Shown: positions 35,337 through 45,964, counted from the first letter of the stretch. The stretch is 64,000 nucleotides of DNA from Pseudomonadota bacterium (GCA_041691615.1 JBEPUI010000009.1:12888-76887); one strand, 5' to 3'. Made by a program: numbers and translations. Notes: generated from the sequence alone by a model not told the origin.

Positions 35337-37886
35337 TCACGTCAGTTGCCGCAATACCTCGATCGGCGGACGGTCGAGCGTGTCGCGCGTGCCGAGCCAC
35401 CCCGCTGCTGCGACGCAAGCCGCGCCACCGACGAGTGCGTAAAGCCACAGCAATGCGTTGAACGAGAACGGGATATCGAACACCTGCCGCGCAAGCAGGA
35501 AACCGACCACGGACGCCCCCGAGGCAGCGAGCAAGCCTGCCAGGGCGCCAAGCAATAAAAATTCGGCCACCTGCGCGGCATTCAACTGCCGCCGCGACGC
35601 GCCCAACGTGCGCAGCACGGCAGCGTCGAACCGCCGCTCGTCCTGAGTTGAGGCAATCGCCGCCTGCAGCACGAGCAGGCCTCCGGCCAGCGTGAACAGG
35701 AACACGAATTCGATTGCCCGCGACACCTGGTCCATGATGGCCTGGACTTGGCGGATGACATCACCGATGTCGATCACGAGCACGTTGGGATAACGCGCCA
35801 CCAGCTCGCTCACCCAACTCGTACCAGCGGGCGTCGCCGGAACACGCACCGCGCCGAGGTAGGAAGTGGGCAGGTTGTCGAGCGCATGCGGCGCGAACAG
35901 CGTGAAGAAATTCGGTTGGAAACTGTCCCAGTCGACTTTGCGCAGGCTGGTGACGCGCCCCTTCAACGGCGTGCCCGCGATGTCGAACGTCAGCTCGTCG
36001 CCGAGCTTCAGCTTCAGCGACCGGGCGATCCCCTCCTCCATCGAGATTCCGGAGTCGGCACCGGCGTCCGGCTTCCAGAACGCGCCAGCGACGATGCGAT
36101 TGGTCGCAGGCAGCGTCGCCAATGCAGAGAGATTGAATTCGCGCTCGGCGAGCCTTCGCGAACGCGATTCGCCGAACTGGGCGGTATCGAACGACTTGCC
36201 GTTGACCTGCGTCAGCCGCCCACGCACCATCGGATAGAGCGTCGCGTTACGCTGCGACACGGTGGCCATTTGCGCGCGCACGCCGTCGACCTGGTCCGGC
36301 AGCACGTTGACGACGAACTGGTTGGGCGCGTCCGGCGGCAAGCTCGCGCGCCATGTTCGCAGCAAGTCGCCGCGCACGACGGTCAGCAGCAACAGCGCCA
36401 TCAAGCCGAGCGACAGCGCGCCGATCTGCAAGCTTGACGCCAACGGCCGGCGCGACAGGTTGGCGAGGCCGAATCGCCACGTGACGCCGCGCTGCGGCAA
36501 GCGCTTCAGCGCGGCGATCGCCAGCGCCGCAACCAATGCCGAGGTGACCAGCAATCCCGCAATGCCACCGATGGTCAGCATCGCTGTGGTCAGGTCCTGC
36601 GCCTGCCACGCGATCAATCCTGCGAACACCGCCGCGCCCAGCACATAAGCGACGATTCCCCACGCCTTGGGCCTTGGCAGATCGCGGCGCAACACGCGCA
36701 GCGGCGCGGCGCTCGCCAGTGTGAAGAGCGGTGGCAGCGCGAATCCGAACAACATCAGGAGTCCGATGGCGAATGCGCTGATGCCGGGGAGCACGCCCGG
36801 CAGCGGCAGCTCCGTCCGGGTGATCGATTGCAACACCGCGACCAGCAATTGCTGCCCAACGAGCGCGACGACGATGCCGATCGCGCTCGCCAGCAGTCCG
36901 GCCAGCAGGAACTGGATGGCGAATAGCGAGAGGGTGCGCGCACGCGACGCGCCGTGGCATTTCAGGATTGCTGCAGTATCCAGGTGCCGGCGCAGGTAAC
37001 GCGATGCCGCGAGCGCGATCGCAACCGCCGCCAGCATCACGGCCACCAGCGACGAGAGCGACAGGAACTTTTCGGCACGCTCGAGCGTTTGCTTTACTTC
37101 GGGCTGCACGTCGCGGACGTTTTCCATGCGCTGCCCCACCTTGAGCTCGGTGCGGGCCCATGCGATGTAGCTGTCGAGGCGGGATGCCGCGCCGTTGTCG
37201 GCAACGAGCAGGCGGTAGGTCGCGCGGTTGCCCGGCTGCAACAGGTTAGTCGCCGCGAGATCGGCGGCATTGATCAGCACACGCGGACCGCCAGTCAGCA
37301 AGCCCGCCGCGACTTCGGGCTCTTGCAGGACGATTGCACCCACGGCGAATGTCGAGTCACCCAGCGCGATGCGATCGCCGACGTGCAGCTTCAGCCGGTC
37401 GGCGAGGCGCGTGTCCGGCCACGCGACACCCTGCGCCGGCACGCTGGAAGCCGTCGTGCCGGCACTGTCCGCGCCTGCGCCGCCGGCTGCATCCTTCGCA
37501 GTCGAACCGGCGTTGCCGGCGAGCATGATTGCGCCACGCAGCGGATAACCGGAAGTGACTGCCTTGACCGTCGACAGCACCGGAGCAGCGTCTGCGCCGG
37601 TCCTCGCCACCATGCTGTTGAATCGCACGACCGGCGAAGTCGAGAACCCCCGTGCGCTCGCCTGCGCGATGAACTTGTCGGGCAGCGGTCGGTCGGCGGA
37701 AATCATCACGTCGCCGCCCAGCAACAGGTTCGCTTCGCGGGTCAGCGCCGACTTGACGCGGTCGGCGAAGAATCCGACGGTGCCGACGCTTGCCACCGCC
37801 AGCACGATCGCGGCGACCAGCACGTCGAGTTCGTGCGCGCGCCAGTCGCGCGCCAACATCCGCCATGCGAGGCGAATGGTCGCCAT
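35337..37886 (-). CDS. ybbP: FtsX-like ABC permease YbbP
   Basis: RDWRA.E, LLGGD, two FtsX repeats, RKVDWDSFQPNFF. Confidence 0.88.
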   Translation of the reverse strand: MATIRLAWRMLARDWRAHELDVLVAAIVLAVASVGTVGFFADRVKSALTREANLLLGGDVMISADRPLPDKFIAQASARGFSTSPVVRFNSMVARTGADAAPVLSTVKAVTSGYPLRGAIMLAGNAGSTAKDAAGGAGADSAGTTASSVPAQGVAWPDTRLADRLKLHVGDRIALGDSTFAVGAIVLQEPEVAAGLLTGGPRVLINAADLAATNLLQPGNRATYRLLVADNGAASRLDSYIAWARTELKVGQRMENVRDVQPEVKQTLERAEKFLSLSSLVAVMLAAVAIALAASRYLRRHLDTAAILKCHGASRARTLSLFAIQFLLAGLLASAIGIVVALVGQQLLVAVLQSITRTELPLPGVLPGISAFAIGLLMLFGFALPPLFTLASAAPLRVLRRDLPRPKAWGIVAYVLGAAVFAGLIAWQAQDLTTAMLTIGGIAGLLVTSALVAALAIAALKRLPQRGVTWRFGLANLSRRPLASSLQIGALSLGLMALLLLTVVRGDLLRTWRASLPPDAPNQFVVNVLPDQVDGVRAQMATVSQRNATLYPMVRGRLTQVNGKSFDTAQFGESRSRRLAEREFNLSALATLPATNRIVAGAFWKPDAGADSGISMEEGIARSLKLKLGDELTFDIAGTPLKGRVTSLRKVDWDSFQPNFFTLFAPHALDNLPTSYLGAVRVPATPAGTSWVSELVARYPNVLVIDIGDVIRQVQAIMDQVSRAIEFVFLFTLAGGLLVLQAAIASTQDERRFDAAVLRTLGASRRQLNAAQVAEFLLLGALAGLLAASGASVVGFLLARQVFDIPFSFNALLWLYALVGGAACVAAAGWLGTRDTLDRPPIEVLRQLT

Positions 37887-37890
37887 CGCA

Positions 37891-38571
37891 TCAGCCCGTG
37901 CGTTCGTCGCCGACGAGGCGGCCGCCGGCGAGCGACAGGCGCCGCGCGCAGCGCGACGCGAGCGCCGTCTCGTGCGTCACCAGCACCAGCGTGGTGCCGT
38001 GCTCGCGGTTCAAGCGGAACATGAGGTCGGCCACTTCGCCGCCGGTCGCATGGTCGAGGTTGCCGCTGGGTTCGTCGGCCAGTAAAAGCATCGGATCGCT
38101 CGCGAACGCGCGCGCGATCGCGACGCGCTGCTGCTCGCCCCCCGAAAGCTGGCGCGGATAGTGGGTGACCCGATGCGCGAGGCCGACGCGCTTCAACCAG
38201 TCGACGGCGATCGCACGCGCATCCTTGTTGCTGGCAAGCTCGAGTGGAAGCATCACGTTCTCGAGCGCGGTCATCGCCGGCAACAGCTGGAACGACTGAA
38301 ACACGAAGCCCAGCGCGCGCTGCCGCAAAGCCGCGCGCGAATCCTCGTCGAGCGTCGACAACTGCGAGTCGTCGAGCCACACGTCGCCACTGGTCGGCAG
38401 GTCGAGGCCCGCCATCAGGCCAAGCAGCGTGGTCTTGCCTGATCCCGATGCACCGACGATCGCGACCGTCTCACCCCGCTCGACGTCGAAACTCACGTCG
38501 TCGAGGATCGTCAGTGGCGCGTCACCGCTGGTCACGGTCTTGGTCAGCGATCGGGTTCGCAGCAGCGGCAT
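37891..38571 (-). CDS. ybbA: ABC ATP-binding protein YbbA
   Basis: GASGSGKTT, LSGGEQQRVA, ADEPSGNLD; divergent from tesA. Confidence 0.9.
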   Translation of the reverse strand: MPLLRTRSLTKTVTSGDAPLTILDDVSFDVERGETVAIVGASGSGKTTLLGLMAGLDLPTSGDVWLDDSQLSTLDEDSRAALRQRALGFVFQSFQLLPAMTALENVMLPLELASNKDARAIAVDWLKRVGLAHRVTHYPRQLSGGEQQRVAIARAFASDPMLLLADEPSGNLDHATGGEVADLMFRLNREHGTTLVLVTHETALASRCARRLSLAGGRLVGDERTG

Positions 38572-38689
38572 TTGTCGTTGTTCGCGTTGGTTGTCGGCAG
38601 TGGCCCGCGCCCGCGTAGCTCCGGCCGCACGCATGGCGGATTCTACAAAGCCGTTCGAGCGATTGGTTGCGGGCCTTACAATTGCGCTC

Positions 38690-39343
38690 ATGAGTATCGA
38701 TAGATTGCGTCGCATCGTCGTCTTTTCAATCGCCGTGGCCACAGCGGTGGTGCTCGCGCAACCGCTCGCTGCCGCCGCGGCTCCCCGTAATGTCCTGCTG
38801 ATCCTCGGCGATTCAATTTCGGCCGGCTACGGACTGCCGCCCGCAACTGGCTGGGCCACGCTGCTCGCCGCTCGCCTGCGCGACCAGCACTATGCCTACG
38901 ATGTGGTCAACGCGAGCATCAGTGGCGACACCACCGCCGGCGGCAAGGCCCGGTTGCCCGCACTGCTCGCGACCCACCATCCGGCGATCGTGGTGATCGA
39001 ACTGGGCGGCAACGACGGCCTGCGTGGTGGCGACCTCACCGTCACCGCCGCCAATCTCGATGCGATGATCGTCGCCGCACAAAAGTCCGGTGCCAAGGTG
39101 TTGCTGGTCGGCATGCAATTGCCGCCCAACTATGGCGCCCAATACACGTCGCGCTTCGAGGCGCTTTACGGCGCCGCGAGCCGGCGCCACAAGACAGCGC
39201 TGGTGCCGTTCTTCTTCGAAGGCTTCGCCGATCGCAACGAGTTGTTCCAGGCCGATCGCATCCATCCCACCGAGGCCGCGCAGGCACGGCTGCTCGAAAA
39301 CGTGTGGGCCGTCCTGCAGCGCCTGCTCGCCAAGCCGCGTTGA
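38690..39343 (+). CDS. tesA: Arylesterase / acyl-CoA thioesterase I (SGNH)
   Basis: LGDSISAGYG, NASISGDTT, ELGGNDGLRG, DRIHP. Confidence 0.93.
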   Translation: MSIDRLRRIVVFSIAVATAVVLAQPLAAAAAPRNVLLILGDSISAGYGLPPATGWATLLAARLRDQHYAYDVVNASISGDTTAGGKARLPALLATHHPAIVVIELGGNDGLRGGDLTVTAANLDAMIVAAQKSGAKVLLVGMQLPPNYGAQYTSRFEALYGAASRRHKTALVPFFFEGFADRNELFQADRIHPTEAAQARLLENVWAVLQRLLAKPR

Positions 39344-40419
39344 TGCAGTTCGCGCAACGCAAGGTCGGCGTCGACGACATCGCGCGCTTCACCGACCGGC
39401 TCGATGTGCGCAGTCCGGCGGAATTCGCGCTCGATCACCTCCCGCGCGCGCAAAGCGCGCCCGTGCTGAACGACGCCGAGCGTTCCGCGATCGGCACACT
39501 TCACGCGCAGGTGTCGGGATTTGCCGCCCGCAAGGCGGGTGCCGCCATCGTTTCGCGCAACATCGCCACGATCATCGACACCCTAGCAACGGACAAGCCG
39601 ATCGGCTGGGCGCCGCTGATCTATTGCTGGCGCGGCGGCCAGCGCTCGCGTTCGCTTGCGCATGTGCTGGGCGAGATCGGCTTCGGCGCAATGCAGCTCG
39701 ACGGCGGCTATCGCGCCTGGCGGCGACACGTCGTGGCGCAACTCGACGTGCTGCCCGCACGGCTGCGCCTGGTCGTGGTGTGCGGCCTGACCGGTTCGGG
39801 CAAGACCCGGCTCGTCCAGGCACTCGCGGCCGCGGGCGCGCAAGTGCTCGACCTCGAGGCGCTGGCCCGCCATCGCGGATCGTTGCTGGGCGACGATCCG
39901 CGCAACCCGCAACCTTCGCAGCGCCATTTCGAGACCGGCATTTTCGACGTATTGTCGGGATTCGCGCCCGAAAGCCCGATCTTCGTCGAGTCGGAGAGCA
40001 AGCGCATCGGCAAGCTGCAGGTGCCGGAAACGCTGCTGGCGGCGATGCGCGGCGCGCCATGCATTCGAGTCGACACCGCACTGCCGCTGCGCGTGCGCCT
40101 GTTGGTCGACGATTACCCGCACTGGTGCCAGGACATCGATGCGCTCAACGCACGGCTCGCGCCGCTGACCGTGCTGCACGGCAAGGCGACGATCGCGCGC
40201 TGGCAGGAGGCCGCGACGCGCGGCGAGTTCGGCGAGCTCGTGGCCGAGCTGCTGGCAATGCACTACGATCCGAGCTACTCGCGCTCGATCGAGCGCAATT
40301 TCGCCAACATGGCGCACGCGCCGACGATCTCACCGCGCAGCGTCGACCGGGAATGTTTTGCAACGCTGGCGCGAGAGGCCATGACCATCGCCGAGACCTT
40401 CACCACTTCGGGACACTGA
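39343..40419 (+). CDS. mnmH: tRNA 2-selenouridine synthase
   Basis: DVRSPAEF..DHLP, rhodanese YCWRGGQRS, P-loop GLTGSGKT, DLEALARHRGSLLG, ESESKRIG. Confidence 0.92.
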   Translation: MQFAQRKVGVDDIARFTDRLDVRSPAEFALDHLPRAQSAPVLNDAERSAIGTLHAQVSGFAARKAGAAIVSRNIATIIDTLATDKPIGWAPLIYCWRGGQRSRSLAHVLGEIGFGAMQLDGGYRAWRRHVVAQLDVLPARLRLVVVCGLTGSGKTRLVQALAAAGAQVLDLEALARHRGSLLGDDPRNPQPSQRHFETGIFDVLSGFAPESPIFVESESKRIGKLQVPETLLAAMRGAPCIRVDTALPLRVRLLVDDYPHWCQDIDALNARLAPLTVLHGKATIARWQEAATRGEFGELVAELLAMHYDPSYSRSIERNFANMAHAPTISPRSVDRECFATLAREAMTIAETFTTSGH

Positions 40420-40424
40420 AAACC

Positions 40425-41258
40425 ATGCAACTCGCCTATCGGCTGGTCAACGTCTTCGCCGAGTCACCGCTCGCCGGCAATCCGTTGTGCGTCTTCGAGG
40501 ATGGCACCGCGCTCGACGACCCGACGATGCAAGCGCTGGCGCTGCAGTTCAACCTGTCGGAGACGACATTCATCCTGCCGTCGACGCAAGCGAGCGCGCG
40601 TGTGCGGATCTTCACGCCGACGTTCGAAATGCCCTTCGCCGGACACCCCACTCTCGGCAGCGCACACGTGGTTCGCGAACTGCTGCGCACGGGCGACGCC
40701 ATCACGCTCGAAATGCGCGCGGGCATCATCGACGTCGCGGCCACCGGCGATCGCTGGACGCTTTCGGCCAACGCGCCAACCTCGCGCCCGCCAGAATCGA
40801 CACCCGCCCAACTCGCCACGATGCTGCACTTGCGCGTGGAGGACATCGCGGGCTCGCCGCTGTGGGACGACACCGGGTCCGAGCAGCTCATCATCCCGCT
40901 CGCGTCATTCGATGCGGTGCGGCGCGCAGCGCCGGACGCCGCGGCGATGCAGCAATACGCCCGCAACGAAAACCGCGCGATGGCCTACATTTTTGCGCGC
41001 GAAGGCGACCGGGTGCTCGCGCGCTTTTTCTTTCCCAAGCACGGCTCCGTGATCGAGGACCCCGGCACGGGATCGGCCACCGCCAACCTGGGCGGCTGGC
41101 TGCTCGCCTCGGGCGCCGCGCTGCCGCAGCGCGTGACGATAGACCAGGGTGAAGCGGTCGGAAGACCTTGCCGACTGGGCCTCGAGGTCGGCGTCGACAA
41201 GCGTATCCGCGTCAGCGGGCGCGTGATCGAAATCGGCCGCGGCACGATTTCGCTCTGA
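40425..41258 (+). CDS. PhzF-family isomerase/epimerase
   Basis: VNVFAE..LAGNPL, NLSET, RIFTP..EMPFAGHPT, EDPGTGSA. Confidence 0.9.
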   Translation: MQLAYRLVNVFAESPLAGNPLCVFEDGTALDDPTMQALALQFNLSETTFILPSTQASARVRIFTPTFEMPFAGHPTLGSAHVVRELLRTGDAITLEMRAGIIDVAATGDRWTLSANAPTSRPPESTPAQLATMLHLRVEDIAGSPLWDDTGSEQLIIPLASFDAVRRAAPDAAAMQQYARNENRAMAYIFAREGDRVLARFFFPKHGSVIEDPGTGSATANLGGWLLASGAALPQRVTIDQGEAVGRPCRLGLEVGVDKRIRVSGRVIEIGRGTISL

Positions 41259-41412
41259 CGGGTCGCCGCCCGGCGGCGCGCGCCACGTGCCCCGGTCACC
41301 TTCCGCTTCTCGCGACGCAACACCCGGTTACATGCGCAAGTTCCCGGCGCGTCAACAGTGTGCAAACCTCGTGCGTTGCTATCGGGAGCGTCTTCAATAC
41401 AAGGCGGGTTGG

Positions 41413-42942
41413 ATGATGGCGTCATCGTTGCGGATCGTTGCATACGGGTTGAGGGCGGGCGCCATCTTCGCCGGCGCCGCGCTGGGCGTCGCCAACTTCG
41501 CCAACGCTGCAGAAACCGCGCGCGTGGCCGATGCGGCCGAACCCGTGCGCGTAATGTCAGCGGCATCCCTTGGCTTCGATGACGCGCGGCTGCTGCTGAC
41601 ACGCACCGGTTTCGGTGCGACGCCCGCCGAAATCGCAGCGTACGCCTCGCTGACACGAGAGAAGGCGGTCGCGCGCCTGCTGGACGCGACGGTGACGACG
41701 GCAGTGACGCCGCCACCGTCGGAGATCACCGAGGCGGCATCGATGCGCCGCCCGGACCGCGAAGCGTCGGCCGACGAGCGAAAAACGTTTCGCCAGCAAC
41801 AAAATCGCGCGGGCCTCGCGTTGCGCGCCTGGTGGGTCCATGAAATGCTGGTGACGCCGTCGCCACTGACCGAGCGGATGACGCTGTTCTGGCACGGCCA
41901 CTTCGTGTCTAGCCAGCAGAAAGTGCGCCTCACCCCGCTGATGTACCGGCAGAACGTCACGCTGCGCGCCAACGCGGTGGGCAATTTCGCGACGCTGCTG
42001 CACGCGGCGGGCAAGGACCCGGCGATGATGGTCTACCTCGATACGGTGCAGAACCGCACCGGCAAGCCCAACGAGAATTTTGCGCGTGAGGTGATGGAGC
42101 TGTTCACGCTCGGCGAAGGTCGTTACAGCGAGCAGGACATCAAGGAGGCGGCGCGCGCATTTACCGGATGGAGCATCGATCGCGACAGCGGCGCATACGT
42201 GTTTCGGCCACGGCTGCACGACGAAGGCATGAAGACCGTGTTCGGGCACACCGGCCGTTTCGATGGTGACGCGGTGCTCGACCTTATCCTCGCGCGCCCC
42301 GAGACGTCGCAGTTCATCACCTCCGAGTTGTGGCGCGAATTCGTCTCGCCCGATCCCGATCCGCGCGAAGTAACGCGCATCGCCGCCGTTTTCCGCGCGT
42401 CGAACTATGCGATCAAGCCGCTGTTGCGCGAGCTGTTCCTGAGCGACTCTTTTTACGCGAGCGCCAACCGCGCAACGCTGGTCAAATCCCCGGCCGACCT
42501 GGTGGTGGGCACGCTGCACTCGCTGGATATCCTGCCGGCCAATGCATTGCCATACGCCGTCGCCTGCGCGAGCATGGGCCAAAACCTCTTTTCGCCGCCC
42601 AACGTCAAGGGCTGGCCCGGCGGCGAAGCGTGGATCAATACCAACACGCTGCTGGCCCGCAAGCAATTCCTGGAGCGCATCGCGCGAGCCGACAATTTCG
42701 GCGCCGAGGGCAATGGTGTCGCTCCGGCGACGACCACGACCGCGGATCGCGCGACGCACGACATCCGTTTCGACGCCGGCCGCTGGTTCGCGCAGATTCC
42801 CGCCGACTCGGGCGGCGATGCACCAAGCCGCGCGACGCGCGTGTTGCTGCCCCTGCCGGCCGTCGACCCCATCGCCAGCGACATCGACGCGCCGAACGCC
42901 GTCCGCCGCACGCTGCAGGATGCCGCCTACCAACTCGAGTGA
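41413..42942 (+). CDS. DUF1800 family protein
   Basis: L.ERMTLFWHGHF, DPAMMVYLD, PNENFAREVMELFTLG, PPNVKGW. Confidence 0.9.
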   Translation: MMASSLRIVAYGLRAGAIFAGAALGVANFANAAETARVADAAEPVRVMSAASLGFDDARLLLTRTGFGATPAEIAAYASLTREKAVARLLDATVTTAVTPPPSEITEAASMRRPDREASADERKTFRQQQNRAGLALRAWWVHEMLVTPSPLTERMTLFWHGHFVSSQQKVRLTPLMYRQNVTLRANAVGNFATLLHAAGKDPAMMVYLDTVQNRTGKPNENFAREVMELFTLGEGRYSEQDIKEAARAFTGWSIDRDSGAYVFRPRLHDEGMKTVFGHTGRFDGDAVLDLILARPETSQFITSELWREFVSPDPDPREVTRIAAVFRASNYAIKPLLRELFLSDSFYASANRATLVKSPADLVVGTLHSLDILPANALPYAVACASMGQNLFSPPNVKGWPGGEAWINTNTLLARKQFLERIARADNFGAEGNGVAPATTTTADRATHDIRFDAGRWFAQIPADSGGDAPSRATRVLLPLPAVDPIASDIDAPNAVRRTLQDAAYQLE

Positions 42943-42984
42943 TGCGTGCCGCCTGCCAGCTCGAATGATGCGCAAAGGATCGAC

Positions 42985-44172
42985 ATGCAATCCAGCCTGA
43001 CGTCGTTGTCTCGCCGCCGCTTCCTGCAATCGACGTCGGCATTGGCCGTCGTCGCGTCGGCGGGTGCGAAGCTCACGTTCGCCGCCGCGCCGCGCGGCGC
43101 CGGCTACGAGAAATTGCTGGTGCTGATCGAGCTGAAGGGCGGCAACGACGGATTCAATACGCTGGTGCCCTACACCGATTCCGCGTACTACGCGTTGCGG
43201 CCCAAGCTCGCCATCGCGCCCGACGCGGTCGTGCAGCTCACCGATCGCGCGGGCCTGCATCCGGCGCTCGCGCCACTGAAGGCGTTGTGGGACGACAAAT
43301 CTCTGGCAGTGCTGCAAGGCGTCGGCTATCCCGATCCCAACCTGTCGCATTTCCGTTCGATCGAGATCTGGGACACGGCGTCGAAGAGCGCCGAATATCT
43401 GCAGGACGGGTGGTTGACCCGTACGTTCGCCGCATCGCCCACGCCGGCGGGATTCGCCGCCGACGGCGTGATCATCGGCTCGAACGACATGGGTCCGCTC
43501 GCCGGCGGTGGCACGCGGGCGATCGCCCTCGCCGACACTGCGCAGTTCCTGCGCCGCGCGCGGCTCGTGCACGTCGAAGAGGCGCGCGGCAACAAGGCGT
43601 TGCTGCACGTCCTCAAGACCGAGGGCGACATCGTCAAGGCCGCCGCACGCCTCGATGGCGACCACGAGTTCGCCACGGTGTTTCCGGCGACGCCGTTCGG
43701 CAACGCCGTCAAGACGGCCTCGCGCGTGATCGCCAACCGCGCGGGCATCGCCGCGGTGCGCATCACGCTGAATGGATTCGATACGCACGTCGCGCAAGTG
43801 GCGACGCAAGCGCGCCTGCTCACCGATTTGGGGCAGGGGCTGGTCGCATTGCGCTCGGCGCTGCTTGAAATCGATCGCTGGGACTCGACGCTCGCGTTGA
43901 CCTACGCCGAATTCGGCCGGCGCCCGCAGGAAAACCGGTCGGCTGGGACCGATCACGGCACCGCCAGTGTGCACTTCGCGACCGGCGGCCGCGTGCGCGG
44001 AGGTCTGTATGGCGAGGCGCCCAACCTCGCCGCGTTGACGGCCAACACCAACGTCGCGCACGCGATCGACTTTCGCCGCGTCTACGCGACCGCGCTCGAC
44101 AACTGGTGGAACGTCGACGCGCAGGCAACGCTGGGCGGCCGCTTCGCGCCGTTGCCTTACATCAGGACTTGA
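42985..44172 (+). CDS. DUF1501 family protein with Tat signal
   Basis: SRRRFLQ, L.GGNDG.NT.VP, SHFRS..IW, GFDTH, EFGRR..EN...GTDHG. Confidence 0.9.
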   Translation: MQSSLTSLSRRRFLQSTSALAVVASAGAKLTFAAAPRGAGYEKLLVLIELKGGNDGFNTLVPYTDSAYYALRPKLAIAPDAVVQLTDRAGLHPALAPLKALWDDKSLAVLQGVGYPDPNLSHFRSIEIWDTASKSAEYLQDGWLTRTFAASPTPAGFAADGVIIGSNDMGPLAGGGTRAIALADTAQFLRRARLVHVEEARGNKALLHVLKTEGDIVKAAARLDGDHEFATVFPATPFGNAVKTASRVIANRAGIAAVRITLNGFDTHVAQVATQARLLTDLGQGLVALRSALLEIDRWDSTLALTYAEFGRRPQENRSAGTDHGTASVHFATGGRVRGGLYGEAPNLAALTANTNVAHAIDFRRVYATALDNWWNVDAQATLGGRFAPLPYIRT

Positions 44173-44209
44173 TCCGCTCCAGGCCGCCGTTAGATCGCGC
44201 CAGTCCTGA

Positions 44210-44983
44210 TCAGCTCCACGCCGCCAGGAAATCACGCCAGTGCGGCTGGTCCATCGTGATGATGCGAGTGCGCGCCAGCGAGATTTCGGCCGCGTACTCG
44301 CCGGCGGTCAACTCGCCGCGCATCAGCCGGAAGCGCTGGAACAGCAGATACGTGTTCATCACGTCGCATTCGCAGTAGTTGCGCACTTCTTCCTGCCTTC
44401 CCTGCGCGATCGCGTTTGCCACTTCGGCGCCGCCGACGCCGATCTTGCCGGCGAAGCCGCACAGCTTGGACATCGCGTCGAGTCCCGCCGAAGCGCGCGG
44501 CTGGTACGCCGCCAGGACGTCCATCAGGTCGAGATGGCGCGTGTGATACCGCGACAGGTAGTTGTTGTAGCGGAAGTCGCGATCGTCGTCGCCCCAGTCC
44601 CAGTAGCGCGGCGCGGCGACGCTGTGGATCAGCGCGCGGTGATGCAGCACCGGCAGGTCGAAACCACCGCCATTCCACGAGACGAGCTGCGGCGTGAATT
44701 TCTCCACGCCTTCGAAGAACCGCCGGATCAGCTCGGGCTCGGGGTCGCCCACGTCACCCACCGACCACACGCGCAAGTCGTCTTCGCGACGCAGCGCACA
44801 GGCGATCGCGACCACTTTCTGCAGGTGGATGGGTGCGAAGTCGCTGCCCGTCGCGGCGCGCCGCTGCTGCGAAAACCACGCCTGCACCTCGGCATCGGGC
44901 AGCGACGGATCGACATTGTTGAGCTTGCGAATGCCCTCGACGTCCGGCACGGTCTCGATGTCGAATACCAGGATCGGTGTCAT
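44210..44983 (-). CDS. 3'-5' exonuclease, PolB-exo-like
   Basis: VFDIETVPD, SWNGGGFDLPVL, HLDLMD, YCECDV; ATGA overlap with cysM. Confidence 0.88.
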   Translation of the reverse strand: MTPILVFDIETVPDVEGIRKLNNVDPSLPDAEVQAWFSQQRRAATGSDFAPIHLQKVVAIACALRREDDLRVWSVGDVGDPEPELIRRFFEGVEKFTPQLVSWNGGGFDLPVLHHRALIHSVAAPRYWDWGDDDRDFRYNNYLSRYHTRHLDLMDVLAAYQPRASAGLDAMSKLCGFAGKIGVGGAEVANAIAQGRQEEVRNYCECDVMNTYLLFQRFRLMRGELTAGEYAAEISLARTRIITMDQPHWRDFLAAWS

Positions 44984-45879
44984 TCGTACACTCCCGACGA
45001 TGCATAGCGGTCGCCGCGGTCGCAGACGATGAACGCTATTGTCGCACCGGTGCACTCTGCGGCGACACGCAACGCGATCGCGCACGCGCCGCCGGACGAG
45101 ATGCCGCCGAAAATGCCTTCCTCGCGCGCGAGCCGCCGCACGGTCGCCTCGGCATCGGCCTGCGTGACGGGCTCGATGCGATCGATGCGTGCGCGATCGT
45201 AGATGCGCGGCAGGTACGCATCGGGCCACTTGCGAATGCCGGGGATATGCGCACCGTCAGCGGGCTGCGCACCGACGATGACAATCGCGGGATTCTGTTC
45301 CTTTAGAAAGCGCGAGGTGCCCATGATCGTCCCGGTGGTTCCCATCGCCGACACGAAGTGGGTGATCTGTCCGTTGGTGTCGCGCCACAGCTCAGGCCCC
45401 GTGCCGCGATAGTGCGCGAGCGGATTGGCCGGATTGGCAAATTGATCGAGGATCGTGCCGCGGCCCTCGTCGCGCATCTGGTTGGCGAGGTCGCGCGCGC
45501 CTTCCATTCCCTGTTCCTTGGTCACCAGAACGACTTCGGCGCCATAGGCGGTCATCGCCTGGCGCCGCTCGCGCGTCTGGTTGTCCGGCATCACGAGCAC
45601 CATGCGGTAACCCTTGATCGCTGCCGCCATTGCCAGCGCGATGCCGGTATTTCCCGATGTCGCCTCGACCAGCGTGTCGCCGGGCCGGATGTCGCCGCGG
45701 CGTTCGGCCTCGTTGATCATCGACATCGCCGGCCGGTCCTTGACCGATCCCGCGGGATTGTTGCCCTCGAGCTTGGCGAGCATCAGGTTGTCGCGACCGG
45801 CATTCATGCGTTGCAGGCGGACAAGCGGCGTATTGCCGATGGTGTCGGCGAGCGTGCGGTAATCGGGACGTGAAGTCAT
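44980..45879 (-). CDS. cysM: Cysteine synthase B
   Basis: IGNTPLV, KLEGNNPAGSVKDR, EATSGNTGI, GTTGT. Confidence 0.95.
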   Translation of the reverse strand: MTSRPDYRTLADTIGNTPLVRLQRMNAGRDNLMLAKLEGNNPAGSVKDRPAMSMINEAERRGDIRPGDTLVEATSGNTGIALAMAAAIKGYRMVLVMPDNQTRERRQAMTAYGAEVVLVTKEQGMEGARDLANQMRDEGRGTILDQFANPANPLAHYRGTGPELWRDTNGQITHFVSAMGTTGTIMGTSRFLKEQNPAIVIVGAQPADGAHIPGIRKWPDAYLPRIYDRARIDRIEPVTQADAEATVRRLAREEGIFGGISSGGACAIALRVAAECTGATIAFIVCDRGDRYASSGVYE

Positions 45880-45964
45880 CGGCGTTGATGGCGCTGGAGT
45901 CGCCACCGCCGCGAGAGGACGATGCGCGGCAGCGCCAATGATCCGGCCATTTTAGCGTCCCGCC

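Noticed and set aside
41557-44235. 892-aa minus-strand ORF, and similar long antisense ORFs (26845-28659, 31207-33174, 47718-49649, 52394-54247)
   Set aside because: Shadow ORFs opposite well-supported genes in high-GC DNA; Arg/Ala-rich with no motifs.
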